Below, piece after piece: positions 37,933 to 48,849 of a stretch of 64,000 bases of DNA. The notes under the pieces are model-generated. The model worked only from the letters and a program-made list of their open reading frames with translations. It made no database searches and was not told the origin of the DNA. Made by a program: the position numbers and the translations under genes. This stretch comes from Eledone cirrhosa. Taxonomy: Eukaryota. Within the stretch, counting starts at the first letter, position 1, and the number at the start of each line of letters is the position of its first letter. Where the stretch lies: positions 304,730,001 through 304,794,000 of the forward strand of contig OZ024740.1 of NCBI GenBank assembly GCA_964016885.1, given 5' to 3'.

Positions 37933-40900
37933 GCTTTTACATGTTTTTTCACGCTTGCATGTGTTGGATGGGTCTTTCTCAGCACGGCATCTCTCCACTC
38001 ATCATGTTCCTTTGTCATCTCTTCTGTGAGTATCAGTGATTTGAGGTCAGCTCTCACAACCTCTGCCCAGGTCTTTCTCAGTCTATCTCTATTGTGGCTT
38101 CCTTCCATTGGCATTTCCTAGCATTTCTTCACCCAACAATCATTGTAACTATGTAGCACTGAAAGGGTTAAGGGCATCAGGAATGTAAATTCATTGAAAT
38201 ACTGCCAACTTTATGTTGTGTCTCTGATCAGGATATTTAACTTTACAGACCTTATTTACCTGGAGGATAAGTACATTGGATCTTGTGGAGATTTTGTGAT
38301 AGGAATTCAATAGACCTCTGTCACTTTCAACAATGGCAGTTTCACTTGTTTCATCAATGTAACAGCTTGCTTATAAAATGAATGTGAAAGTGGCTGAGTA
38401 TTTCACAGACATGCATATCATTAATGTAATTCTCAGGGATACTAGCATGACATTGTATGGCATGCTTGGTTCTTTGAATTATAGGTACAGTCCATTGAAC
38501 AGGCTTCTAAACAGTTTCCATCTACCCAATTTCTTTCACAAGGCATTGGCTAACCAGGGCATTTGGTAAATAAACAATGAAGATGATGTGTAGTATCTTG
38601 GTCAAGTGTTTTTTATCATAACCCCAGGTTGGCCAATGCCTTCTAGGACGTAATGATTGTAAAACAAATTTCTTAACCATCTGACCATGCTATCTTCCCT
38701 ATCCGAGATAGAGAGGATATACTATCCAATGAGGGTGCCGTCTGTTATCTGCTTTGTTCAACTGATGTAGAATATCTTGTACATCTGGAAACATTGAAGA
38801 GAATAAAGAGTTATTAAATATAGAATATATAGATAATGAGTAGAAGTATATAAGGATTATTGATATTATAAAAATTGATGAGCTAAATCTTTGAATAATA
38901 AAGTATCTTATGCAGGTTAGATTACATCCCTGATTTCATTCATTACCATTATCTATGTTCTTTTGTCAAGTTCTCACTTATAGTCTAATATGCTATTTAC
39001 TGTTCTGTGCACCAATTCCATTACAGCCACAAGCCAACAACATGGAGGTGAAATATTTCCCAACAGAGAAATGTACTGATGTATGTAATGTTTCTGGTGC
39101 TGGTGACTGGTGAGTTACAAAGTTTATATATACTTTTGTTTCATTTTAGTTACTCATTTTTTTAATGACATCTTGCAATGATTTAGCAGAAAATGTCTAA
39201 AGACAGAGTTTGCTAATTCAAATGTTCATAGTCTTTAGTAGTGGACAGATCATGGTGAGATTTACAGTAAATGAAAGTAAAGACTTTCATATTTAATGTG
39301 ATGCAGTGATAGTGCTGTTTTGTTCTTTTCAAGAATCTCTTGCTTTTGTGGCTTCATGTGGTGTAGCATGTTAAGAGTTAATATTTCCAGCCATTGGCCT
39401 ATGGTCAATCAAAGACATTGACAATAGCACAGCAATACTACAGCCTTGATATTTGTTGAATAAGGGTTAGTGATAAGAAGGGCATCCAACCATAGAAACC
39501 TTATCAAACAAAGGGTTGGGAGGACTCTTCAGCCATACCAAAGACATGACAACTTCTCTAATATTGATACCATGATAAAATGCCTTGATAAAGTGTGGGA
39601 ATGTATGCTAGCAAGGTGCAGGCTCCCGACCTATCAGAGAGGTTAGTAGTTTCTCTTGAGTGTTGACCAGTCTGTGATGATCCATCAAACCCTTGCTAGA
39701 AGGGAAAACAGATGTTAAATTATGATAATGTTGAGGATGATGATGATGAAGGAAGTGTTGATGCTACAGCTCGTGTATGTATCTCTTGATGTAGATTCAG
39801 CTGGGTTCTTACACAGTAGAATGTTCAAGTTTTGTTTGAATGTGAGTGGCTATGTGGTTAAGGTATTCAGTTCAAGATTGTATGGTGGTGAGTTTGATTC
39901 CCAGCGGCGAATTTTGTCCTTAAGCAAGACACTTTATTTCACATTGCCCCAGTCCACTCAGCTGGTAAAAATGAGTTGTACTTGTAATTCAAAGGGCCAG
40001 CCTTGTCACATTCCGTGTCATGCTGAATCTCCCTGAGAACTACATTATGGGTACAGATGTTTGTGAAATGCTCAGCACTTGAACGTTAATTTCACAAGCA
40101 GGCTGTTTCATTGACTGTATCAATTGGAATACTCGTCGCTGTAACCGACAGAGTGCCGCTATAGATACACTATTTTGTGTGGGAGAATACTGAAGACCTG
40201 TTGTTCTTTGATTCCCAGGTTAATTCTATATTTAGTCCTAATGCATGATAGAGGTGCTGGACATTTTGGCATGATGTACTGTATTCCCTAATTTTGACAA
40301 CCAAAAATTTGAAAAAAAATAATAAACAACCTTCAGCCTCCAGGATGCATGGTAGATTTTTGAGACTTATTTTAGGAAAAAAGTAGTTTAGGGATTTTCA
40401 CATCTTTCAGTGAGATAGGGGGTGGGGTGGGGTGGGGGGAGAAAGATATATATATATAAATTCTTTACCCACACAAAATCGTTTCTTTCACTATTTAATG
40501 TATTAGTGTGCACTCTGCTTTCCGTTTTGGTTGGTGTCTTAATGATGCTGGCTTAATTAAAGCATTGAGTGAGTGAGAAAACAGTTGAAGATATATGACT
40601 GTGTTAGTAGGGACATGAGATGAGAATAGACAATGAAAGTAGTTTGAAGAAAGATATAAGAAGAGGAGAGGTTAAATCTCAAGATGCTTGATTTTACAGA
40701 TGAAGTACATTCAAAATATATGGTGATGTTATAATGCAGACCTATCCTATGGCATCGCCTATTAAAATATTGATGATGATCATCACCATCATTATCATCA
40801 CTATATAACTTCTATTTTTCATATTTGTATGGGTGAGACAAGTTGTCATGTTCTGAGGCTAGACAGGTCAGGTGACCATGTCTTGTTCCATGTGTTGTTT

Positions 40901-43900
40901 TTGCCCTGGTGTCTATGGTTGATTGCCTTTTCTTACACCAAAAACTTTACTGCATAAACTGTGAGCATTTTCGTAGCACCAGCACTACCAGCTTACAAGT
41001 TAGACTGAGTACTTTTTGTCATGGCATCAGCACTATCACATTAGAGGGTGGACTGGGTACTTTTTATCATGACACCAGCACTATCACCTCACAGAGTGGA
41101 CTTGATATATTTTATCATATCACCAGCACTACTTTATTACATCAAGAATATTCTTTCTGTGGCCTTGGCCTGGCTGGAGAAGCAGGGATGAGAGTGGGGA
41201 TGTAAGATGAGAGGGGTGAGGGGAGACTACCTGTTGTTTACCAATGAAAAGTGTCATCCCACAGTGTGAGAGCAAACATCGTGTTATGGAGGTGGCCTTG
41301 AAGAAAGTTACGTTTCATAGTATATTGTGGGCATGTCCAGCTTTCCATGTAGGCATGTGGTTTTGGGTTCAATCCTACTGCATAATACCTTAGGCAATTG
41401 TCTTTTTCTATAACCTCCAATTGACCAATGCCATGTGAGTGAAGTTTGGTAGATGAAAACTATCTAGAAGCCCATTGTATGTGTGTGTGTTTACATTTAC
41501 TGCATGTTTATAGCCTATAACTTAGCAGTTCAGCAAAAAAACAAAAAAAAAGATGGGTAAAATATAAACTAGACTTGAAAATATAAGTATTGGGGTTGGT
41601 ATGATTGACTGAATTCCTTCAAGGTGGTGTCCTAGCAGAGCTGTAGTCTAATGACTGAAAGAAGTAAAATAATACAAAAAAAATCAAATGTGAAAATATA
41701 TAAATTTATAAACTATTTTGTTTCGAAGATTGAGATGGGACACAAGTGTATTAAAATTTATAGAATAATGAGAAAAACTCAATGCAAGAATAACTGTTAA
41801 AACAGCAAAATGCTGTCAATGACAACATCAGGTAAAATTACCCTCAAAGGACAGAAATCATTGGCTAACACACTTCAAGTCACTGATTTCTGTCCTTTGA
41901 GGGAATTTTACTTGATGTTGTCATTGATAGAATTTTGCTGTCTTAACAGTTATTCTTGCATTGAGTTGTTCTCATTATTCTATGAATATAAATGTATATA
42001 AATACTTTTATTCTTGTATTGGTTTAAAGCATTTGACTGTGGCTATGCTGTGGCACCATCTTGAAGGTTACAGTTGATCATATTGACCCTCAGTACTTAC
42101 TTTTTAATGTCTGGTGCTGATTTTATCAATCACTATTTGTCGATCTGCTAAGTTACAGGATATGAACCTGCAACATAGATAGACGTAACCACAGACACAC
42201 ACACATACACACTCCACATATGTGCACACATATAGACAGATGCACACACATACGCACTTCACACACACATACATACATGCACACACATACACATTTCATA
42301 CACTCATACACTCCACATATGTGCACACATATAGACAGATGCACACACATACACACTTCACACACTCACAAACATGCACACATACACACATGCACACATA
42401 CATACATGCACACACATACACATTCCACACACACACATGTATACATATGAGTGTGCATGTGTTTGGTCAACCCAAATAGAAGACACTTGCCTAAGGTACC
42501 AAACAGTATAACCAAACCTAAATCCGCATGGTCGTGAAGCAAACTTCTTTACCACACAATCATGCCTGTTCCTATATAAATGATAACTTTATCAGGTAAA
42601 AGGTCACGAATGACCATGAGTTTTGCACCTAAAAAGTTCCCTTCTGAGGTACATGCTTGGGCAAGGTGTTTTTGTGGAAAATCAGCATTCACCCATACAT
42701 ATCAGTCTCTTTGCTCCACACCACCGATGTTGTCCAAAGAAGAGGCAAAGGCCAATACAACTTGACACCAGTGATATCGCAACATATATACATTATATAT
42801 ATACACTATTTACACTATATACAGTATATTTACATACTTTATATGGCACCATTGGCGTCACAACTCATTTATTTCCAGCTGAATGAACTGAAGCAACATG
42901 AAATAAAGTGTCTTGCTCAAGGACATAATGCACTGCCCAATGCAGGAATCAAACTCACAGCCTCACGTTTATGAGCTCAATGCTGTAACCATTAAGCCAC
43001 ATGTCTTCACAAATAATCAATATAAATAAATTTATAATAAAAATAAATATATAAATACATTTCATCATCATCATCATCACCGTTTTACATCCGTTCTTCC
43101 ATGCTAGCATGGGTTAGATGGGTTGTCCTGTTGTGGGAGTGTCTGGTCAGCTGACCATGCCTTGCTCATACAGGAACTGATTTGGTTTGATTTCTACAGC
43201 TGGATGCCCTTCCTAACACCAACCTCATTTACAGTGAGTGCTGGGTGCTTTTTCGTGGCGCCTACACGTCCACTTTACAGTGTGGGCTGGGTGCTTTTTT
43301 GCCGTGGCACCTCCACGACCACCTTGCGGTGGGGGCATATTGTCTAAATAAAAAGTTCCAAATGTCAAAAGATATAAAAATGTCAGAAATATCTGCTTGA
43401 AATAAGGAAAAAGAAAGGAGTTGATCATCAGATCAGACCAAGGAAACAATGTTTCTATTGTTTTTTTCCATTGCTGAACTATCTGCCAGTTGCAATGTGA
43501 GATACAGTACATTACTTAAGAACACAATATACCACCAGGTCTGGGGATCAAACCCACAGCCTTATCACTGTGAATTCAACATCATGACCACAGGACAACA
43601 TGGAATGAGTTCAGTAAAATTATGCTAGGTGAAGAAAAGCAGAAAACACCATCTTTCTCTGAATGTAAACACTTTTTTTTTTGCATGATTAATTTGCCAA
43701 ATTAATAAGTGTGAAAGCTATTAGTGTGAAGCAGGTCAAATTTTGAATCATAAAAGAAATTATTGGTAGTTAATTAATTTAGTGTTATCAAGTAAAAATA
43801 ACAGCTTGTTAAACCATTTTATATGAACTTAGTAGAGCCAAGTAATAATAGCAACTTATTAAATATTGACAACCTGAAAGAATTCTGTATTCTATGGTTT

Positions 43901-44712
43901 CTCTCATTAATCCTTTAGTTACCAACCCAGCCAAAACACTGGTTCTATGAAATAAAACCACTAATTTTAAAGGTTTCCAATTTAAATAAAAATTTTCCAA
44001 CATAATTTTATATAAGAACCTTACATTAAGTTACTATCTTAGTAATGAATTAATTAATAATTTTAGTAAATCGCACAAAATTCTTCATTAATTAATTAAA
44101 ATAGAGTGTATTTTATTAGAAATGTGGTAATGAAAGGGTTAAATGGATGTATTTTTCCTTAGTAATTTTAGGGTGGTGGTGATGACAGCAGTGGTGGCGG
44201 TGGTGATGGTGAAAGGGTGGTAGTGTTGATGACAGCAGCAATGGTAATAGTGAAAGGGTGGTGGTGGTAATGGTGGGGACTGCAGTAGTGGCAGTGGCAG
44301 TGACAGCAGCAAAGGTGATATTGAAAGGGTGGTGGTGATGGTGGCAGCAGCAGTGACCGGGTGGAGATGGTAGTGGTAGTAGCTTTGGGATTTGGTGGGT
44401 TTTAGCTGTGGCTGTGGTTGTTATTACCATTGCCATAAAAATATTCTTTCTAATTAATTACAGCAATAATCAAGAATTTAGAAGGCACTTGTAGTAAAAT
44501 ATTTCACTTTTTCATTCTACAGTTATATTTAAAATATAACCTAAATAACTTAAGTTTTAATTTTAACTAGCAGAATGGCCCGGCGTTGCTTGGGATTTGC
44601 TCTAGGATTCTTATATATTTGATATATATTTATCCTTATCGAGCCTCGGGAAATAAATATGTTTGTTTATATTTTGTTATTGTGTATGCAAAAATATTTG
44701 TAGACAAATATA

Positions 44713-44752
<40 letters not shown>

Positions 44753-45090
44753 TAACAGTACAGTGAAGTACGGAATACCTCGGCCTCGGCATGGTGTCTA
44801 CATTTTGTGCTTATAAAAAAAATTTGTCATAGATTACTAAGAGTTTTTTTCCGTGCGAAGAAAATCAATACTTTATCGCAAAATAAATACTTTTGTTTAT
44901 ATTTTGTTATTGTGAATGCAAAAAATCTGTACACGAATATATAATTATATATATATATATATATTAAAATAACAGATTAAAGTTTAAGCAAAGAATCGCT
45001 GCTTTCACCCTTAACAGGATCTTCTGAAACTAAAATAAAAAAATTCAATCTGTGAACGCAGAAGTAAATATTTCGAAAAACGTTACACAC

Positions 45091-45121
<31 letters not shown>

Positions 45122-45527
45122 TATATATACATATATACACACACACACACACGCAGCTACGTCATAATGTCGTAATGCAGACAGCCAGGCATACAGACAG
45201 ATATTATAAGGGTGCAACATAATATCTATGTATCTATCTAAAAAGAGAAAGACTAAGAGAGAGAGAAAGAGATCGCTAAATCGCCTAATGCGGTCTCTAG
45301 GACATTGAACATTCGAAATTCTTTTTTGCTCAAAACACTCACAGGACCATAAGTATTACATGCGTAAAGTTTGAAAACAATCAGTCAGGTGGTTCTCGAG
45401 TTTTAGTGATTGGACAGACAGACAGACAGACATTCTCTGTTTTAGATATATAGATATGAACACTTTAACACATGAAGGCCTGTATATACACTACAAAGTA
45501 GTGTTTGGTAGGCTGATATTAAAAGAG

Positions 45528-45588
<61 letters not shown>

Positions 45589-46339
45589 CACTGCTACTAC
45601 TACCCAACCCTTTAACAATAAGTTAAAGAGAAGATACTTTCACATGACCAGATGTAACCTGGGGCCAGATATAACAGTCAGGTAATAACATATAATGAAG
45701 TTGATGTAGGTTTTCCTTATCTCTGCCTCACCTTTAGGGATAGCTTCCTCTCAGCTCATTTCTCAATGAAAGTTACCACCCAACTTCATTGCAGTTTCTA
45801 TCTACTCCCCAAAATCTGGATCAAACCACACCCACAGCACCTTAATCAAATTAACAGTCTAACAATAGCTGACATTGCCACTGGTTGGCATGGACTCTGA
45901 TTCTCCAGGTACTCGCTGGTCCTAAATAATATGTGAGGTGGAATAAATGCGGTGGGGTAGAATAAGAACAGGGGGTGGAAATATGAGCAGGGTTGTTGGA
46001 AAAAAATCTGAAAAATTAATAAGTGAGGTGGTGGTGATTATTCTTGATCTGAGAGTACACAATACTTAAAAAAAATGTAAATATGTAAATTCATATTTAT
46101 TTCTCCAATCCTAATTTGTTCATCATCCAAAAGACGTAAAATTAAAAATATTTTTCATTTATTGATTTTGTATATTTTACTCTTCTCTTCTCTTCATTTG
46201 CAGTTTTGCTGCTTCAATGATTTCGGGAATTGTGGAAGGTTATGATCTAGACACGTGTGTTCAGTCAGGATTACACATGGCCAAACTCTCACTCCAGTCT
46301 ATACAGCCTGTACCACAGACAATAAATTCATGGAGATAA
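8958..46339 (+). CDS. psuG/psuK: Bifunctional pseudouridine-5'-phosphate glycosidase / pseudouridine kinase (PsuG-PfkB fusion, S. pombe C1861.05-like); 14 exons, 5'-incomplete in window
   Basis: Exons 8958-9069, 14523-14629, 15728-15854, 17596-17716, 19959-20044, 20908-21032, 21874-21930, 23714-23878, 25777-25905, 32006-32120, 34446-34601, 35993-36162, 39027-39109 and 46204-46339 join in frame (1689 nt) with no internal stop. PsuG motifs: [58 protein letters not shown]. PfkB motifs: [37 protein letters not shown]. Confidence 0.93.
9612..10822 (-). mobile_element. 5'-truncated RTE-clade LINE: intact ORF2 C-terminus with Cys/His PHD-like insert, 3' UTR and (ATG)n tail
   Basis: [64 protein letters not shown]; (cat)n at ~9612-9633. 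Confidence 0.9.
10823..10911. repeat. (TA)n microsatellite
   Basis: Direct reading. Confidence 0.95.
11040..12847 (-). mobile_element. Penelope-like retroelement 3' fragment (GIY-YIG C-terminus) with inverted pseudo-LTR-like duplication (arms 11435-12010 and 12274-12847)
   Basis: Minus strand 12273 to ~11950 reads [68 protein letters not shown]. The arms are near-perfect reverse complements (near-identical ORFs at 11705+ and 12577-). The left boundary is approximate. Confidence 0.8.
13880..14245 (-). mobile_element. RTE LINE 3' fragment
   Basis: [13 protein letters not shown]...[12 protein letters not shown]. Confidence 0.8.
14523..14629 (+). CDS. psuG: Exon: PsuG domain [35 protein letters not shown]
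   Basis: cttcag| ... |gtaagt; DISADL and the catalytic-Lys motif GxKSILD. Confidence 0.93.
14725..15050 (-). mobile_element. tRNA-derived CORE-type SINE (related copies ~42590-43010 and ~62125-62370)
   Basis: Minus strand has A box tggcttagtggttag, B box gagtttgaatcc and a CORE-like ttcttgaacaaaatacttaa segment. Confidence 0.6.
15273..15323. repeat. (TAC)n microsatellite
   Basis: Direct reading; a similar tract lies at ~45528-45590. Confidence 0.9.
15728..15854 (+). CDS. psuG: Exon: PsuG domain [42 protein letters not shown]
   Basis: aaaag| ... |gtaagt; ETQGV and FPAFF motifs; phases match neighbouring exons. Confidence 0.92.
16700..17095 (+). mobile_element. Vingi/Ingi-like LINE ORF C-terminal fragment (degenerate zinc knuckle)
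   Basis: [41 protein letters not shown] resembles the Vingi-type FDLPR..W..LNR..C.CG..QT..H tail. Confidence 0.6.
17140..17490 (+). mobile_element. LINE 3'-end fragment with GAA-rich tail (second copy inverted at ~55750-56130)
   Basis: ggatccagc.ggatcagttgga.ac.gttgcttc.gacaggacc..tggaaggagtgtttgaggactctgc is shared with the reverse complement of 55780-55860. Confidence 0.6.
17596..17716 (+). CDS. psuG: Exon: PsuG domain [39 protein letters not shown]
   Basis: tcaag| ... |gtaagt; GxLIAxPIP motif; phase 1 to 2. Confidence 0.9.
18045..18348. mobile_element. Tc1/mariner-type MITE (TA ends); related partial copy ~22050-22445
   Basis: Ends tactctcggggtcccaaataat ... attatttgagaccggacagta form imperfect TIRs. 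The interior is shared with 22050-22445. Confidence 0.6.
18400..19900. repeat. C/A-rich minisatellite: ~20-bp subunit (tataccacaacacactacag) organised into a 207-bp higher-order repeat (~5 copies)
   Basis: Marker ctctacaacacaccacaccactttacaacagactgc at 18599, 18806, 19013, 19220, 19427 and 19634 (period 207). Confidence 0.92.
19959..20044 (+). CDS. psuG: Exon: PsuG domain [28 protein letters not shown]
   Basis: ttttag| acceptor; GxDxTPFIL motif; followed by U12-type donor GTATCCTT. Confidence 0.9.
20045..20907 (+). other. Putative U12-type (minor spliceosome) intron with GT...TG termini
   Basis: 5' splice site GTATCCTT. Branch site TTCCTTGAC at 20888-20896, with the A 12 nt before the junction. 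Splicing at ...ctttctg|at restores the conserved [13 protein letters not shown]. Confidence 0.75.
20342..20500 (+). mobile_element. tRNA-derived SINE inside the U12-type intron
   Basis: A box tggcagagtcgtt, B box gagttcaaatcc, body ccttccatcctttcaaggtcgataaaa. Confidence 0.75.
20908..21032 (+). CDS. psuG: Exon: end of PsuG domain plus linker (N)[41 protein letters not shown]
   Basis: NIALxxNNA motif; |gtaagt donor at 21033. The 5' boundary is non-canonical (see findings). Confidence 0.8.
21874..21930 (+). CDS. psuK: Exon: start of PfkB kinase [19 protein letters not shown]
   Basis: ttgcag| ... |gtttga; VVIGGxxxD first strand of the PfkB fold. Confidence 0.85.
22833..22970 (+). mobile_element. 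CORE-type tRNA SINE head
   Basis: tggcttagtggttagagc (A box), gagttcaattct (B box), ccttgagcaagacactttatttcac (CORE-like). Confidence 0.65.
23714..23878 (+). CDS. psuK: Exon: PfkB kinase [55 protein letters not shown]
   Basis: tacag| ... |gtaagt; PfkB signature 1 (GxGxNxA..L..lG..vGxDxxG). Confidence 0.92.
24330..24510 (+). mobile_element. tRNA-derived SINE with 13-bp TSD
   Basis: Same family as 5580-5761; attattaagtgac at 24317-24329 and 24511-24523. Confidence 0.85.
24678..24950 (-). mobile_element. CR1 LINE 3' end with (TTA)n tail
   Basis: Minus strand reads [27 protein letters not shown]; (taa)n at ~24679-24694. Confidence 0.7.
25777..25905 (+). CDS. psuK: Exon: PfkB kinase [43 protein letters not shown]
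   Basis: tacag| ... |gtttgt; TAxY...xxGDL lid-region pattern; phase 0-0. Confidence 0.85.
26080..26440 (-). mobile_element. RTE LINE ORF2 C-terminal fragment
   Basis: [36 protein letters not shown]. Confidence 0.75.
27300..30475 (+). mobile_element. Long degenerate RTE LINE (APE endonuclease, RT with central deletion, PHD-like insert, C-terminus, 3' UTR)
   Basis: [10 protein letters not shown] (~27436), SAFAPQ, GDFNGH, QIDFI, QHRLVI; NYRGIKLM and QFGF (~28915-29025) jump directly to [11 protein letters not shown], so the YADD region is missing; many stops and frameshifts. Confidence 0.85.
31100..31800 (+). mobile_element. RTE LINE 3' end with UTR repeats
   Basis: [24 protein letters not shown]; ends ccagcatggaaaatggacgttaaatgatg. 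Confidence 0.8.
32006..32120 (+). CDS. psuK: Exon: PfkB kinase [38 protein letters not shown]
   Basis: tgtag| ... |gtaagt; DGN motif of pseudouridine kinases. Confidence 0.9.
32230..32550 (+). mobile_element. RTE LINE ORF2 fragment
   Basis: [32 protein letters not shown]. Confidence 0.75.
33020..33709. mobile_element. pogo/Tigger-like MITE with TA ends
   Basis: TA-ccatatatactcgaatataag ... cttatattcaagtatatacag-TA form ~21-bp TIRs. Confidence 0.7.
34446..34601 (+). CDS. psuK: Exon: PfkB kinase [51 protein letters not shown]
   Basis: tgcag| ... |gtataa; FEPT..KA and PNxxE motifs. Confidence 0.92.
34694..34905 (-). mobile_element. tRNA-derived SINE with TSD
   Basis: Same family as 5580-5761; aatgaagtagaaaa flanks both sides (~34676 and ~34906). 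Confidence 0.75.
35993..36162 (+). CDS. psuK: Exon: PfkB kinase [56 protein letters not shown]
   Basis: tttcag| ... |gtaagt; VTxGxxG motif. Confidence 0.9.
36616..36760. repeat. ~37-bp minisatellite (3-4 copies)
   Basis: ccttccttac.taata.catccttaatattccctcaa repeated. Confidence 0.75.
37885..38145 (-). mobile_element. RTE LINE 3' end with (ATG)n tail
   Basis: [24 protein letters not shown]; (cat)n at 37886-37931. Confidence 0.8.
39027..39109 (+). CDS. psuK: Exon: PfkB kinase [27 protein letters not shown]
   Basis: tacag| ... |gtgagt; anion-hole / catalytic base motif NVSGAGD. Confidence 0.93.
39842..40160 (+). mobile_element. CORE-type tRNA SINE (related copy ~33770-34100)
   Basis: tggctatgtggttaag, gagtttgattcc, ccttaagcaagacactttatttcac; shared aaagggccagc..gctgaatctccctgaga body. 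Confidence 0.65.
41756..41987. repeat. ~230-bp foldback palindrome (~110-bp arms, ~12-nt loop)
   Basis: 41756-41866 is the reverse complement of 41879-41987 with few mismatches. Confidence 0.88.
43907..44142. mobile_element. piggyBac-like MITE (TTAA ends, CCCTTT-type TIR); family copies ~25360-25612, ~50270-50520, ~51960-52120, 57538-57779
   Basis: ttaatcctttag...gaaagggttaa; 57538 ttaacccttt...aaaaggttaa 57779; shared AT-rich interior. Confidence 0.6.
44567..45454 (-). mobile_element. Non-autonomous Helitron (888 bp)
   Basis: Minus strand starts A|TC (tctatatatctaaaacagagaatgtctgtctgtc) and ends with GC hairpin ccaagcaacgccggg + ccattctgCTAG|T; inserted at AT; internal duplication and microsatellites. 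Confidence 0.8.
46204..46339 (+). CDS. psuK: Terminal coding exon: [44 protein letters not shown]
   Basis: ttgcag| acceptor; completes GAGDCFAA (PfkB signature 2); TAA at 46337-46339; AATAAA candidates at 46867 and 46903. Confidence 0.9.
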
Positions 46340-47207
46340 TTGGAACAAAATTATAAAAGAATCATTCTATTTTATTAACCTTCTGGACTCTACAGGCACA
46401 TTATGTCGCCGATAGAGTTATCTCCCCTTAATACATAATGTAGTATCAAGGGAAGCAATTCATAAAAATTCCTAGCCTGCTAAAAGTTAATATTACTGAC
46501 ATAATTGGCAGAGTATTTGGACTTTATAACTTTTATAATATTTCTTTACACAAGGGTTCAAATTCTACTGGGGCTGGACTTCATATTCCATCCTGCTGAA
46601 GTCAGTAATATAAGGACCAGTTAAGTACTGGGGTCAATATAATCTAATACTCTTTCCATTCTCAAATATGTGCCTTTGTGCCTATTTTAGAATTTCTAAT
46701 TCTTATTTTTAATAAGGAAAGCTTCCAGAGAATCAAGTCTGTGACTTGTTTTTTTTTTTAATCCCTGTTGTAACTGTTTCACTTCACTTTATATCACTAA
46801 CACCTTCATGAAAGGAATGAATGAGTATCACAGTTGCCATTTCCCTCCTTATTACCCTTTGAAGTCAATAAATTCACTAACCCATAGATGGATCCTTTGG
46901 ATAATAAAATATAATCAAATAAATATGTATATTTCCTAAATAATGTTTATCTTCATATTTTCTTTGTTTCATGTTAATTTTAAAAAAGATGTATAATTTT
47001 ATATTTTATGAATTTGTGGCAGGCTACCACATGACTAAGATCATACAAAACGAATAAAAAAAGATGAAACACAGGACAGTCTCTTCTCATTAATTGACAG
47101 TTCAGAAGTCCATGATTTCAGTGCTTAAAGGTCGATACCACTAATTCCAGTGTATACGGGACAGTAACAAATGGATACTAGATTGGTCTTTCAACTATTT
47201 ATAAGAA

Positions 47208-48655
47208 TCATCATCATCTTTTTACGTCCACTTTTCCCTGCTTGCAAGGGTTGGACGAGTCCTATTCAGCATAGCATCTCTCCACTAATCCACGGTCCTT
47301 CGTCATCTCCTCCGTGAGTTCCAGCGATCTGAGGTCTGCTCTCACCACCTCCGCGCATTTTTTTCGTGGTCTACCTCTACTGTGTCTTCCTTCTACTGGG
47401 ATTTCTTGGCACTTCTTTACCCAGCGGTCATCCTCCATGCGCATCACCAGCTTATACCCAGTTTCTTTCTCAACTCATCTATGCTTGGTCGTTCACGCAC
47501 ATTGACATTGCACATTCAACAGAGCATGATTGCTTCATTTCTCTCCAGCCGTCGCATATCCTCTGCAGTTGCTGCCCATGTCTCACTACCATGCAGCATC
47601 GCGCATCTCACACAGGCATCATATAACTGTCCTTTCGTACGCAGGCAGAAACCCTTCTTTGTCAACAGAGGAAGCAGCTCCCTAAACTTCTTCCAACCCA
47701 TACTTATTCTAGATACTATGGCCTTGGAACACCCCCTCCCATGCTAATCTGTTTACCTAGGTACCGGAAGCTATCAACCACTTCTATAGAACCCACCTGC
47801 ATTGGAAAAATGTGTCTATCACTGCGATTACTACTGCCAACTTTCCCTGTACATCTATTGCATACGTAGTTTTCCCTACCTGTTAGTTTGCCTGCTATAC
47901 CACTACGTCTCTTCTGTACCCAAGATCTGCATTATGTACATTTTATGGAATTTATGCCAGTTCCTTTCCTACATATCGAACATGGCCATTTCCCTGATGG
48001 AATCAGAGTATTGTCCTCTCTTCTAATCAACACTTTTGTCTTAGCTATGTTCACTCTCAGTCCTCTTGATTCCAACTGCTGTTTCCATAGCCAGAATTTA
48101 TTCTCTAGCTCCTCTACTGATTCTGCTATAAGAACCAGATCATCAGCATAGAGAAGTTCCCATAGGTATCTAGTCTTTAAACTCCTCTGTTATGGCTTGG
48201 ATGACTATAATGAACAAGAGCGGGCTGAGGAACAAACCCTAATGTACACCTACTTGTATCTGGAATTCCTCACTTTACTGACAGCACCCCTGTACATAGC
48301 TTGCACTGTCCTCACAAGCCATTCCTCTACACCTAGTTTCCTTAGGGACCACCAGATGACAGATTGGGGTACCCTATCAAAGGCCTTCTCTAGGTCAACA
48401 AAAGCTAAGAATAGTGGCTAATTCTTCTCTAAGAACCTCTCTTGTAGTTGCCTCACTAAGAAGAGGACATCTGTTGTACTTTTCCAAGGCACAAAACCAA
48501 ACTACATCTCATCTAATTTGACCCTTTCTCTAATCAGTTGCGCTAATATTCTCTCTGCCACTTTCATAACCTGATCCATCAGCTTTATGCACCTATAATT
48601 GCTCCTCTCCAGAGCATCCCCTTTACCTTTGTAGCAATTTATGAGAATACTGCTA
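47208..48655 (-). mobile_element. 5'-truncated degenerate RTE LINE (RT to 3' end)
   Basis: Minus strand: NYRCIKLMDQ, FVDLEKAFD, LLYADDLVL (~48135-48155), [27 protein letters not shown]; (cat)n tail at ~47208. Confidence 0.85.
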
Positions 48656-48849
48656 TATTATCATCGTCATTTTTAACATCCATTTTCCACGCTTGCATGG
48701 ATTAGATGGGTGTCATATTATCAGAAAAGTCAGGTCTGGAGACCACGTCCTGCTCATATAGATTTGTAGTTTGGCTTGGTTTTTACAGCTGGATGCCATT
48801 CCTAAAACCAACCATGTTACATATATATATATATATATACATGTGTACA

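Noticed and set aside
42104-42555. His/Thr- or Val/Cys-rich ORFs here and at 44116-44436 and 62166-62585
   Set aside because: Translations of (CA)n/(TG)n and GGT-type low-complexity tracts.
46328-46339. Possible peroxisomal targeting signal at the C-terminus (plant pseudouridine enzymes are peroxisomal)
   Set aside because: The protein ends in SWR, which is not a PTS1 tripeptide.
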